DNA of 64,000 nt, taken from positions 174,158,001 through 174,222,000 of the forward strand of contig OX597816.1 of NCBI GenBank assembly GCA_951406725.2. Direction: 5' to 3'. The notes below the pieces were generated by a model. That model was not told the origin of the DNA and searched no databases. It saw nothing but the letters and a program-made list of their open reading frames with translations. Numbering within the stretch: the first letter of the stretch is position 1; every line of letters begins with the position of its first letter. The translations under genes were made by a program, and so were the position numbers. Origin of the DNA: Octopus vulgaris (taxonomy: Eukaryota). This document shows, in pieces, positions 28,762-41,919 of the stretch.

Positions 28762-29163
28762 TCTTTATATATAAAAGTGAGGTTGTGTGCTGTCTGTCTC
28801 CTACGATTTAGATTCCTAACTACTCCCACATTTTGCGGTGCAGTTTAACCAAAACCGGGTATCTTATAGTCGTGATTCATATCGAGCCCTTCTGGGTATT
28901 AAGCGCGCGTCTACGATGAGTCTAAGATCTAAAAAAAAAATTACCATCATTCTTTTCCATTTTAATGCATTTTTTTGCTATTATATAAGGGAAGTAACTC
29001 TCTAAAAATGTCTACGATGAGTCAACGATTTAAAAAAAAATTTACCATCATTTTTTTTCCATTTTTAATACATTTCTTTGTTATTTTTTGGCTATAACTC
29101 TCTAAAAATGCTTATATAGTTATTTCCCTTACAAACCGGAGCAACGCCGGGCGATACTGCTAG
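28762..29163 (+). mobile_element. Non-autonomous Helitron, copy 4
   Basis: A|TC...CTAG|T. Confidence 0.92.
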
Positions 29164-29477
29164 TTCAATATAAAATCAAATTCTACTTCTTGCATTTAAT
29201 TACAATATTATTTGCTTCTCTTAGTATTTTTCTTTGTTACTTGTCCTCAGTTAAACATTCTAACACTTCCAAAATTGTAAGTAAAAATCTCAAAATATTT
29301 GCTTTTTCTATCAACTACCACCCATCTAGTATCAGAGAGAGATTTTAAGACATTTTCATTTTCAATGCAACCTTTAATAATTTTTCACTGCCTGAGTGAG
29401 GCTGCAAAAAAATTGCACTGTAGACAAGAAATTACCAGCTTCTTGATAGCTGTCAACGGTACTTTGACCTACTATTT

Positions 29478-30306
29478 GGATCTTTTCCTTTTGAACGGCA
29501 CTTTTCAACGCAATTTCTAGTTAACTAAACACTTTTAAACTTCGTATACTGGTAGAATGTGTTTATATAACATCATTTTTTCTTGGCTTTATTGAGAAAA
29601 TTCTATAGGGTGTAAGATATTTCGTCTGAAATTTCAAGCATTTTGGCAGTTTTAACCAATTGATTACTTCCATTTAGGTAAACAACATTCCGTGCTGTAT
29701 GAATATGTCCCTCCTTTAAGAAACAGATTGGGTTTATTTACATTTGTGAAGAAAAAAGATACCCTTCCCCCACCCCTAAACCTAACTCTCACCCAAAATC
29801 TAAAATAGATTGAAATGCAATAGATCGATACTAGGGTCATAATTATGGGTGACAATTTCATTTGACACCGCTAGAAAAAAATCACATTTTCCGTAGCAGT
29901 GTCATATGAAATTGTCCCCCATAATTATGGCCCTAGTATCGATCTATTGCATTTCAATCTATTTTAGATTTTGGCTGAGAGTTAGGGTTAGTTAGGCTTA
30001 GGGTTAGGGGTGGGGGAAGGGTATCTTTTTTTCTTCACAAATGTAAATAAACCCAATCTGTTTCTTAAAGGAGGGACATATTCATACAGCACGGAATGTT
30101 GTTTACCTAAATGGACTCCAGCGATTGGTTAAAATTGCCGAAATGCTAGAAATTTCAGACGAAATATCTTACACCCTATAGAATTTTCTCAATAAAGCCA
30201 AGAAAAAATGATGTTTTATAAACACATTCTACCAGTATACAAAGTTTAAAAGTGTTTAGTTAACTAGAAATTGTGTTGAAAAGTGCCGTTCAAAAGGAAA
30301 AGATCC
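29478..30306. mobile_element. Fold-back non-autonomous DNA transposon, ~400-bp arms, 8-bp TSD (Merlin or hAT type)
   Basis: Termini GGATCTTTTCC...GGAAAAGATCC; TSD TACTATTT at 29470-29477 and 30307-30314. Confidence 0.93.
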
Positions 30307-31404
30307 TACTATTTATTTAATGGGCTGCACAGGGCACATATATGACAAAATTATTTTGCTTCTAAAATTGTTGCTGCATCTTCTTAGTACAGTAATGAAC
30401 TAATTGACATGTGACAGGTCTGGTGTTAAATTAACTGACAAAATAACCAAATTTCAATTTGTCAACAATGAGCCCATAGACTTTTGAGCTATTAATTGAA
30501 TGAATTCCTCACAGGTAGTTTTGGACAGGTAAAAAGGACATCCACTACCAGATTTTCCACATTATGAAATATGACAAAATGAATCAATCTAGCTTATGAG
30601 CTAAGGCAGCAATAATCCAAATCCTACTTCTGCAGTGATCTAAATGTTTCTTCTATTCCTCAAAAAGACAAGCCACATTCAGCGAACAGCTATGAGATAC
30701 CACAAGACGTGTTACTAGCAATCACACACTTCCTAAATTTACTTTCTAACTATTACCCCAACCCTACATTTTATCCATGAGTAAAGTATTTTAGTATAGA
30801 ATGTCTTTATTCACGACCAATTACAATAGCATTTCACCACTCACTGAACCCTTCTCTTTAAAATGTGAGAAGCTTTAGAGAGCAGACAGTTTAGAAGAAA
30901 AACAGTAAGCTAACCCTGTTGATGTTGAATACAATAAGCACTCTTTTTTGTATTTCTCACCATTGACTTTTGTCTCAAGGAAAATTTTTATGAACAATAT
31001 CTTACTGGTTTGCCACTACTGAAACATTGGTAAGACTTGTCAAATAGTCTATTTTGATGTCAACAATCAGTTGGTTCACAAGCAATTCGATGAGCCCCAT
31101 CATCATCAGAGAATTCAAGTTACAACCCTGGACCTTTTGCTATATTCATTTGTAGGCTCAATCATTTCCCACCATCACTATGGTCCACTAAACTTTCATT
31201 GTCAACAATTATTTCAACCCCATAATGTCTTGTAAAGTAACTTGAATCAACATTTGCAGTAGAGGTGCAAGTGAGATAAGTAGTAAAACATGTGCTACAT
31301 GAACCTTCATGTGACACCTTAGTAATTCCATTATCATCATGTTTTGATTCTGAAATGCTCAGTGGTATTTGTGCCCACTTCTGATGATGGAAATTAGTTT
31401 CCAT

Positions 31405-33039
31405 CCAGGGTCTTATCAATGATGGTCCAATTGATGTTGTGGGTGGGGGTCATTCCCGAGGTTGCAAAGTCTCCACAAGAAACAACACAAAGAGGTGGAA
31501 TTTTCTCTATCCCTGCATCCTAAGCAAGTGCATACGCTGCATGTACCTTCCCTTGAAGTTGTTCACTGTCATGTCCGTGTAGTGCCATGTGATACCAGTG
31601 GATGTTGAAAGGGTGGCTCTGTAGACTACAGCCCTTGGGATGCAGGATCCTCCTAGAGGACAGCTGGCAGAGTTTTGATAGTTACTGGTTGGTGTTGGAG
31701 GTTGTGCAGATGAATATTTGCATCTGTTGTAGTGTGCAATGTTATTTAAGTAAGAACAGCTCACCTTGATGTTATGCAGGTTGAAAAGCTTATAGTACAT
31801 GTGACCCATAGGGAAGTGCTTCTTAGTCAATGACAAAAAGCTCCAAGCTACACTGGTGGAAACTTCTAGGTTAAATGGGAGGGGCAAATTATCTTTCTCT
31901 TTAGGTGTTTGGGTGGACTTTGTGGCATCCGCCATGTATGCTAACTTCTCAAAAAATACACTTCTTGCCAATGCATCATTGTAGTAGGAGAGGGCTGTTG
32001 AAGCTCTCCCTATCAACTGAAAGTTTACATATTCTGCTAACACCTGAAACTAGGTTTCTAATGACAATGGTGGAGAAATGATTCAAGCTTCTCTGGATGT
32101 ATACAGTTTCATCATTGAGCTTCCTGTCTGGATAGGCTGAATTCTTGGAATACTCTTATCAGGTCCTGCCTAAATTTGTCCATGGCGTGGTCATTCATAT
32201 GGCTTGAGATTGCCTGGCTGTCATCCATATAAAGAGCCAAGCTGTGAGGGTGTATTCATTTCTTGAAGGTGTCCAAAATAAATAACTTGATGAGATCAAC
32301 AATCTCAGCACTGTTGTCGCTCCCCATAGAAACATCAAACAGTGGATTGCCTTCTTTCTTCACCCAGAAGGAATCGTCATGAACCAAGATTGACTTTCTG
32401 GTGTTCATGAGGATTCTGACATCAAAATCACTTTTAATAGTGAATTGCCAAATGAAATCCAAGGACTTCGGGAAAAAAGGTTTTGATATAGAAAGATAGA
32501 AGTCCATAATGTCAAGCTGTGAATCTGCAGGCTGAATTATTCTCAGTACTGTGGAACCAGTCAATCACAACTGCTCTAGAATCTCATTGTGTCAATCCTA
32601 TAACCCTTCTAACATCAGAGTTAATGGTATCCATGGTATCCAGAATGCACTTACTGATACTTTTGAAAGGTTGGTCAGCCTGCATTTGGGATTGGAGAGA
32701 AAATTTGGTTGATGACACTTAAGTGTAATATGGGGTTTCAAAGCTGACTTATGGAACATTATAAAGAAGGTACACTTTCAGCACCATTCTAATCCCTTCC
32801 CCAAATCTTTATATGACTACATGGCAAAAATTAACCAATTACCTAATGTACTTATCCTTGTAGGCAAAACAAAGAACACTTATAAAACAAGAATCCCAAC
32901 ACACACAAGACTCCTCACAAATATGATCGCCAAAACATACAAGAAAACTAGCACCTCCACATACAATGATATAAATTCATAAGTGAAGGAGTTAGCCATC
33001 ATCCTTCTTAATATAGCGGATCATGTAGACTGCCTTGCT
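31405..33039 (-). mobile_element. Penelope-like (Naiad-like) element, RT plus GIY-YIG, degenerate, with inverted 5' segment
   Basis: PHITLK..NPKCRL; LDIMDFYLSI; FDVSMGSDNSAEI; CPLGGSC...VVYRA..Y..MT..FKGR. Segment 32736-33039 reads on the + strand. Confidence 0.88.
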
Positions 33040-33853
33040 ATATAGTACTGTCAAGGGAACTGGAAATGAATGCATCACGGGAACAAGCCACTTTTATCAT
33101 TTTTTAATTTATTCAATCTATGTATTATCGCAAACAACCAATCTAGTAAGTTACTTCTTTATACTCTCAATTCAAGTATTTTGGAATACATAAGAGTTAT
33201 GTTTTATATTATTTGAAATCTATTATCTATATTATTATACTTAAATATTTAAACTAAAATTCCAAAATTTAAGTTTAAAATATTTCAATTACAATTGTGT
33301 AATGTACGGCTAGCAACTGAATTAAAAATCTAAAGTATCATAAATTAACCAATTAATATTATATATTTTAGTATGACTAGGTGCTACTTTCCAGTAATAA
33401 CGGGTAGTATATAAATATAATTATTATTATAACATTATCTAAAAAAACATGACTGAGTTTTCATACTTTTAAAGTAAGGTTTAGTTTAAAGACTCTAATC
33501 GTAACTCATCTTATTAATTAAACAATTTATTCTATGTTTGCATTTAACTTTTCGTTCATCCTGGGTATTGAGCAATATTGTTTTGGCCTTTAAGATTTCC
33601 ATAAATTCGTGAGTACACAATATACAGAACTTATTCCCTATTCTATATGATTTGGTTTTACATATTATCTCCCATTTTAGTTTGTAGTTAATTTCTTTGG
33701 ATTTTAGACACCAAATATATTTACTTAAGCCTGCTGAATTCATTATTTTTTTATTTTTAAAGGAATACAAATGCTGCGCTATCCTTTGTTTAATTTTATT
33801 AGTTGTAGAACCAATATAAGTCATGTATGAATTTTTGCCATTATTTCCATTAC

Positions 33854-33901
<48 letters not shown>

Positions 33902-34061
33902 TATTATTATTACCTTCTCTTTGACCATTATTATCTTCGTTTAAAGACACCATATATTTATATACTATGTCCTTTAAGTTACATTTATTATTAAAATTAA
34001 AATTATTTTTGTCCCTTCAATTACAACTTATTGATTTATTACCATTATTATTGCGATTATT

Positions 34062-36690
34062 CATCATCATCATCATTGTTTAACGTCCACTTTCCATGCT
34101 AGCATGGGTTGGACAGTTCAACTGGGGTCTGGGAAGCCAGAAGGCTGCACCAGGCCCAGTCTGATCTGGCAGTGTTTCTACTGCTGGATGCCCTTCCTAA
34201 TGCCAACCACTCCGTGAGTGTAGTGGGTGCTTTTTACGTGCCACCTGCACAGGTGCCAGACGAGGCTGGCAAACGGCCACGATCGGAGGGTGCTTTTTAT
34301 GTGCCACCGGCACGGATGCCAGTCGGGCGCGCTGGCTACGGCCACATTCGGATAGTTCTCTTACGTGCTACCGGCACTGGTATCACAGCTACAAATTCCA
34401 TTGATGTTGATCGATTATGATTTTGATTTTCACTTGCCTCAACAGGTCTTCACAAGTAGAGTTTTGTGTCCCAAGAAGGAAAGGAATGCATAAGTGGGCT
34501 GGCTACATCCCAGGTAGAGGCCTCAGGTTATGACCTCACTTGTCCTGCCGGGTCTTCTCACACACAGCATACTTCCAAAGGTCTCAGTCTCTAGTTATTT
34601 CCTTGGTGAGACCTAAAGTTCAAAGGTCGTGCTTCACCACCTCGTCCCAGGTTTTCCTGGGTCTACCTCTTCCACAGGTTCCCTCAACAGCTAGGGTGTG
34701 GCACTTTTTCACACAACTATCTTCATCCATTCTTGCCACATGACCATACCAGCGCAAACGTCTCTCTTACACACCAAAACTGATGCTTCTTAGGTCCAAC
34801 TTTTCTCTCAAGGTACTTATACTCTGTCGAGTATGAACACTGACATTACACATCTATCAGAACATACTGGCTTCATTTCTTGTGAGCTTACGCATATCCT
34901 CAGCAGTCATGACCCATGTTTCATTGCCATGTAGCATAGCTGTTCATACACATGCATCATACAATCTGCCTTTTACTCTGAGCGAGAGGCCTTTTGTCTC
35001 AAGCAGAGGTAAGAGCTCTCTGAACTTTGCCCAAGCTATTCTTACTCTAGCAGTTACACTTTCAGCACACCCGCCCTCCGCTACTGACTTGGTCACCTAG
35101 GTAACGGAAGATATCAACTATTTCTAGTTTTTCTCTCTGGAATGTGGCAGAAGATGGTCTCTGCATATTTTCAGTGTTTGTTGCACCCAAGCATCTGCCA
35201 CATACAAAAACTATCTTCCTAATTAGCCTTCCTTTGACATTGCTGCGCCTCTTATGTGTCCATAGCTTACACTTGGTGCATCTTATAGAGTTTCTACCTA
35301 CACCTTTTCTACAGATCGAGTAGGGCCATCTACCTGAAGGCGTTTGTGATTTGTCTGCCTTACTACTTATTAGGACTTTGGTTGTAGCTAGGTTGACCCT
35401 AAGGCCCTTCGATTCTAATCCTTGCTTCCACATCTGAAACCTCTCCTCCAGTTCTGATAGTGACTCAGCAATTAGGGCAAAGTCATCAGCATAGAGGAGC
35501 TCCCAGGGGCATCCTGTCTTGAATTCCTCCGTTATTGCCTGGAGGACTATGATAAATAGGAGGGGGCTGAGGACTGAACCTTGGTGGACCCCTACCTCTA
35601 CCCGGAATTCTTCACTGTACTCGATGCCAACCCTCACCTTACTAACAGCGTCCCTGTACATGGCTCGTACAGCTCTCACTAACCTTTCATCTATCCCTAG
35701 TTTCCTCATTGACCAGATAAGGGATCAGCGGACCCTGTCAAAAGCTTTCTCCATGTCAACGAAAGCCAGGTACAGAGGTTTATCTTTGGCTAGGTATTTC
35801 TCCTGCAGCTGTCTCACCAGAAATATGGCATCAGTGGTGCTTTTTCCCTGGCATGAAACCAAACTGCATCTCATCCAAGTTGACTCTCTCCCTAATCAGT
35901 TGGGCTATGACCCTCTTTGTAACCTTCATTACCTGATCCAACAGCTTGATACCTCTGTAATTATTTGTATCTAGGGTGTCACCTTTACCTTTGTAGCAGT
36001 TGACTATTATGCTACTACACCAGTCATTGGGTATGACTCCTTCGTGTATCACCTGGTTAACTATACGGGTGACTAGGCTATAGCCGACACTGCCAGATAT
36101 TTTGAGCATCTCTGCAGTAATTCCTGATGGGCCTGGGGCTTTCCCTGTCTTCATACTTCTAATTGCCTTAACTACCAAGGAACTGTCAACTCGGATAACT
36201 GGTCCCTCTGTTGGGTCCACATTCGGCAGACTCTCTTTATCCCATTCATTTTCTTTATTCAGCAACCTTTCATAGTGGCATCTCCAAACTGCTCTCTTTG
36301 CATCATCATTTAGCGCAAGTGAACCATCATCCATGTGAACACATTTCTCTCCTACCACATCACAATTCTCCCTCACACACTGTCTTGCAACACGAAATAC
36401 CTCAAGTCTTTGGTCCTCACGGCGCAGAACATTGGCAAATTTTTTCTTATCTGCTTCCCCTCTGGCTAAATAAACCTGTCTCCTAGCTTCCCTTCTGGCA
36501 GTCTAATACAATTCCCTGCTACCTCCGCTCTTCCAGTCCCTCCAAGCCTGTTTCTTTTGTCTAATAGCCCTGTCAACCACATTGTTCTACCACCACGTTA
36601 CCTTGGGTCGAGATGGGACTTTGCTCCATCTACAGATCTGGTCAGTGGCTGTCAGCAGATTGTCCCGTAGAAACCTCCAGTTTTCTTCTT
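34062..36690 (-). mobile_element. RTE LINE nested in the PLE
   Basis: KAPGPSGI, GVHQGSVLSPLLF, LLYADDF, Cys-rich insert, 3' UTR and (GAT)n tail. Confidence 0.95.
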
Positions 36691-36912
36691 ATTATTTATT
36701 TTATTAAAATAAAATTTATTCAGCCTATATTTATTTAATGCTGATATAATATTACCTACATTGCTAGTAGTTCAGTATCCTGCTCCTATGTTATTTTTAG
36801 AAAAAATAATACTATATTTTTTATTTTCGATAGTAAATATTTCTATTATTTTAATAATTTCATTTATAATATTATTTTTTCACATGGGCACCATAAGGGA
36901 CGATTAACCAGA

Positions 36913-36955
<43 letters not shown>

Positions 36956-37644
36956 TATATTTGTGTTACTAGTTCTCATGTATTTGTTAACATTACTGTC
37001 ATTATTACCATTATTATTTATAGGTTGATCTGAGTTAAAGCTACCATTTCGTCTTATATATTTCTTTGTATTTATGTTTTTATTCTTTGAGTTTATTGTA
37101 GCTCCCTGTGCTCGATAATATTTCTATATTTTTCTCTATTAGAGTTATTATCATTATTATTATTATTATTATTATTTCTAATCCCGTTTTGATATCCAGC
37201 CTTAGTTAATGCATCATTATAATAGGTTGCATGTTTAAGGAAGCTATCATAATTCGATGAAAGTATTGAAATATGTTTTCCTATATTAGCTATTAGTGTT
37301 TTCTTAATGGAAGTGGGGTGATTACTGTCTGCATTAATATATTTCAAATTTTCATTCATTTTGTCGGTTGTGTTATCTCTGTTAAAATATTAAAATTCAC
37401 ATCTAGAAAGTTAACATTATAATTTTCTTTATATATCATAGTATCTAATCTATCTTTTACAGAAGCTTTGTACAGTTTTTAGTGATTAATAATAAATCAT
37501 CTCGAAATAAACCCCTTCTAAATTTAATTTTTCTACTTATAATTCAGATAGTGAAAGATCCCTACCAAATCCGTCACCTGTGCTGACATTGGTACATCGA
37601 ATTATCTTTTATATCATTTTTACAATTTATATTTATTGTTGTAT

Positions 37645-38465
37645 CAAATCAAATCAAATCAAAACAAATCAAAATGATGATCATCAGCCTTTGTATAATG
37701 CTCATTATAATAGGTGCCGGTGCACACAAGAAAAATATCCGAACGTGGCCGTAGCCAGTACCGCATCGACTGGCCTCCGTGCTGTGGGCAAGTAACAAAC
37801 ACCATATGTTTTCCTATCATCTGGCACCTGTGTCAGTGGCACATAAAAACACCATCCGAAGACCCGGCAAGACTAGTCAGGCCATAACCCGTGGCCCCTA
37901 CTGGGACGTAGTCAGTCCACCTGTCAAACCTTTTCTTGACACTTGTGAAGACCTGTTGAGGCAAGTGAAAATCAATCAAAACAAATCAAAATAGATGAAC
38001 ATCATAATTTGTATCTTTATATATCAGTGCCGGTGGCACACAAGAAAACCATCCGAACGTGGCCGTAGCCAGTACCGCATCGACTGGCCTCCGTGCTGCG
38101 GGCACGTAACAAACACCATCCGATCGTGGCCGTTCGCCAGCCTCATCTGGCACCTGTGTCGGTGGTACATAAAAACACCATCCGAGCGTGGCCGTCTGCC
38201 AGCCTCGTCTGGCACCTGTGTCGGTGGCACATAAAAAACACCATCCGAGCGTGGCCGTTCGCCAGCCTCGTCTGGCACCTGTGTCGGTGGCACATAAAAT
38301 CACCCACTACACTCTCGGAGTGGTTGGCGTTAGGAAGGGCATCCAGCTGTAGAAACACTGCCAGATCTGACTGGCCTGGTGCAGCCTTCGGGCTCCCTAG
38401 ACCCCAGTTGAACCGTCCAACCCATGCTAGCATGGAAAGTGGACGCTAAATGAATGATGATGATG
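37645..38465 (+). mobile_element. Non-coding RTE-tail multimer element with 10-bp TSD
   Basis: TSD ATTGTTGTAT at 37635-37644 and 38466-38475; (GAT)n tail. Removing it restores the PLE reading RKSLIKYNNK. Confidence 0.9.
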
Positions 38466-39423
38466 ATTGTTGTATTTTATTAGTGATTTTCTAGCTGCTT
38501 GAACTACCTTAATTTCATCCATAGTCATCCGTACTTTATTCCTAGCATACATTAATGCCTTATTAAGTACTATCTCGTTTATCGATGCATAGTAGTTATC
38601 AATATCTATTTGTATAAATTTATATTTATTTTTATTTTTAATATTTTAAAACTACTCTAGCGAGTATATTGTACTACCCCATAATTTTAAATGATCTAGT
38701 TTATTCAGTTTATTTATATATTTGTCTAATATTATTTTACTTAGTTTCCCTTGGTCCAACTTACATGGGCATATAAGTCTGACTTTAGGGTCTGCATAGA
38801 AATTATCTTTATGGTCTTTTAATGTAATTGTTGGGTGTAAAGGCACATAGGGTTCTGTTTTATTATCTAATTCATATTTCGTCATTATTTCTTTATATAT
38901 TTTATTTATTTTATCTAGAGTGTTATTTGGAACTATTTTGTATTTTTTATTAATTTCTTTTTCTAACAAACTATCATATGTTTCTATGTTTAATTTATAT
39001 AGATTCCCAGTTTTATCTGATTGTACAAAAATTCTTTCGGTATTTCTCAGTTCTTTTATTTTAATTGCTAGGTTTCTAAGATATTTATTATGTCTATTAG
39101 GGTATTTATAAAATTCTATGTTTTTTACTACTTTCCAAATATTATCTTCTAAAGTTTGTAGTTCCTTATTATACGGATTTATATTATCTTCTAAAGTTTG
39201 TAGTTCCTGGATTTATATTATCTTCTAAAGTTTGTAGTTCCTGGATTTATATTTAGTGCTAAAGTAATTATTGCTCTCTGTATTATTTGTATACGCAGTG
39301 TTAATATTATGATAGTACGCTTTCCATTTCAACCTATTTATAAAATTCTTTATATTATTTATCAATTTAATCATAAATTCTTTTCAGATGGTATTGGTAT
39401 GTCCTTCAGTGATGATTTCCATT

Positions 39424-39470
<47 letters not shown>

Positions 39471-40158
39471 ATATACTATTAAAAGTGAAGTTCAATTTTG
39501 CTTGCTTGCTTGCAATGTTACACAGCCAAACTGGCACATAATGAGAAAATACTTTGAACGTAAAGTGCCCCTGAAATGTGAAGACAAACAGAATAAAACA
39601 CATTTCATGTAAATCAGACTAGTAGTTACTTAAATATTAGGGGTTTTGGGGTATAAATACCCAAAATGGTGCATAATGGGAAAATATTCTGAAAATAACA
39701 TCACCCTGAAAGGAAAGAAACTCTAACCTTTCCATTAGATACATTATGATAGGCAAAATATTTTAAAGTGAAAATGACTTTAAAAATATGGTAAATATTT
39801 CGTAAAAGACCCGTTTGTAACCTCGGTGTGAAATAGTTTTTTCCACAGGTTTCTTTCAAGTGTATTCAACATATCTCACCTCCAAAGATTTGGCTGCTAT
39901 TTCTAGCACGCCCTGCCACCACGTAACAGCTATTTGCAATAAAGGACTGGAAAAACCTGTTACGTGGTTGCAGGGCGTACTAGAAATAGCAAACAAATCT
40001 TTCCTTTTCTGGGAAAAGGAGCCATTTATGCATGATTTCGATGTCACATTCAGTGAAAGCTTGCAAAAAAACATAGAAAAGGAAAAGAAAACCATGAAAC
40101 ATAACTCGGTTGTTGGAAAACTCAGACTTACCCAGTGACCCAACGGGTCATGCGTAGT
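39471..40158 (+). mobile_element. Second non-autonomous Helitron-like family
   Basis: 5' TATACTATTAAAAGTG; 3' hairpin TGACCC-AAC-GGGTCA followed by GTAG|T (CTAG variant). Confidence 0.55.
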
Positions 40159-40568
40159 CCAGTATATATTTATATATCATCATCATTGTTTAATGTCCGC
40201 TTTCCATGTTAGCATGGGTTATATATATTGCCAACCAAGTGTGATGTCCCATACAGGACTGCTACAGACGTTTATAGCCCCATGAAGACATCTCTTCCAG
40301 CTGACTATCAACATACATTCTGTGTCCCATTAGTATTTGTGAGGGGAGGTCATCACTCCTATCTCTATCTAGCCTTACTGAGCTGATCTCAGTAAGGAGA
40401 AATAAGCTATATTAAATCTCTATTTACATCTTGCTTAGAGATTCCCAGGGGAATTGCAGCTGCTTTTGGGACAGAGAAAAGGGAAACAACAAAACATTCC
40501 TGAAACTGTATGAATATATCTATGTATGTATCTATGAGTGTATGTGTTTGTGTAAGTATAAATGTATA

Positions 40569-40971
40569 TCTTTATATATAAAAGAGAGGTTGTGTGTCTG
40601 TCTGTCTCCTACGATTTAGATTCCTAACTACTCCCACATTTTGTGGTGCAGTTTAACCAAAACCGGGTATCTTATAGTCGTGATTCATATCGAGCCCTTC
40701 TGGGTATTAGCGCGCGTCTATGATGAGTTTATGATTTTTTAAAAAATTTACCATAATTTTTTTTCCATTTTAGTGCATTTTTTCGCTATTATATAAGGGA
40801 AGTAACTCTCTAAAAATGTCTACGATGAGTCAACGATTTAAAAAAAAATTTACCATCATTTTTTTCCCATTTTTAATGCATTTTTTTGCTATTTTTTGGC
40901 TATAACTCTCTAAAAATGCTTATATAGTTATTTCCCTTACAAACCCGAGCAACGCTGGGCGATACTGCTAG
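40569..40971 (+). mobile_element. Non-autonomous Helitron, copy 5
   Basis: A|TC...CTAG|T. Confidence 0.92.
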
Positions 40972-41271
40972 TAAAGATTAAAAGATTGATAGTAAAATGC
41001 TATTGACCAAACTAAGCCAAATTCTTTCTTTCAATGCATGACTGAGCTTGACCTTGGCTTGATCAATAGCAGTTAAAGGCACATACATACACACACACAC
41101 CACACACACACACACACACACATTTCTACTTCTAAACTTCTAAAAGTCCTCTATCTCAGTGAGGACTTGAAAACTCTTCTTATTTTATGAAGCAAGTAAA
41201 TAAAGAAAACTTTTGAATTTAATTTTAATTATAAAATTACATCTCTCAACAGCTAAAATGCTTTAGAATTA

Positions 41272-41435
41272 TTCTTTTCTACTCTAGGCACAAGGCTTGA
41301 AATTTTGGGGGAGGGGTCCAGTCAATTAGATCGACCCCAGTACACAACTGGTACTTAATTTACTGACCCCAGAACATAAAGACAGACGAAATACCGCTAA
41401 GCATTTCGCCCAGCATGCTAACGTTTCTGCCAGCT
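41272..41435 (-). mobile_element. Old SINE (Meta-domain-like) fragment
   Basis: TCGACCCCAGTAC..CTGGTACTT..GACCCC motif, as at 24.3-24.5 kb. Confidence 0.6.
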
Positions 41436-41919
41436 TTAGAATTATTGCATATATATTCAAATGTTTCATTAAATTGATCCTTTTTTTTCTTTTTTCTTTT
41501 TTCATATATTTTACGTCATTCTGTCAAACATTTGGAATTACTATATGGAAGTGGGGCAAAATTGGTAACTGTGTCAAAATGAATAATTTCTGATTTCTTG
41601 TTATTTTCTCTCAATTTGTACCATTGCATTATCTTTGGGAGTAAAATTTGGTCAGTATAGTTTATATAGTTGTTGTTGAAGTATAGAATTGCATTTCCAC
41701 TTGACTCCTAACCATTTGGTTGTTTTCCTTTTCTTTTCTCAACCATTTTTCGTCTTTCGTTTTTCCTCAAATTTGAGATGATTGTAATTGAGGTGGCTAA
41801 CAAAATATCTGGATAATTTCTGGCGGAGGAGCTATTGTGAAGAAGCTATAAAGAGTATTTTCTGTTGAGTTTTTAGATTTAGTCTGAGTTGCATTAATTT
41901 CATATTATTACTCTCTCTC

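Larger units (their letters stand above)
27780..31150 (-). pseudogene. Decayed hAT transposase (ZMYM1/TTF-zinc-finger type), split by two Helitrons and a fold-back element
   Basis: Hand translation gives NGEKY..LLYSTSTGLAYCF, YLSKTTCEEFIQLIA, TPDLSHV, YVPCAAH, LKSLSDTRW, FPNIDI..NCSVDRS..QDRLDTLSLL, in the canonical order. Confidence 0.85.
33045..39425 (-). mobile_element. AT-rich near-full-length Penelope-like (Naiad-like) element interrupted by two RTE-type insertions
   Basis: RLKWKAYY, SDKTGNLY, ITLKDHKDNF..PKVRLICP, IDIDNYYASI, FRDD, NFLDV, YINADSNHP, YIGSTT..KQR..H..SF, CILC..E, KCKH. Asn-rich linker; TA at both ends. Confidence 0.88.

Noticed and set aside
31381-31410. CTGATGA followed by a hairpin
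   Set aside because: GAAA lies within the hairpin rather than after it, so the hammerhead topology is not satisfied.
33400-33953. Selenocysteine recoding as reported for some Naiad elements
   Set aside because: No in-frame TGA at conserved Cys positions in the GIY-YIG ORF and no convincing SECIS by eye.
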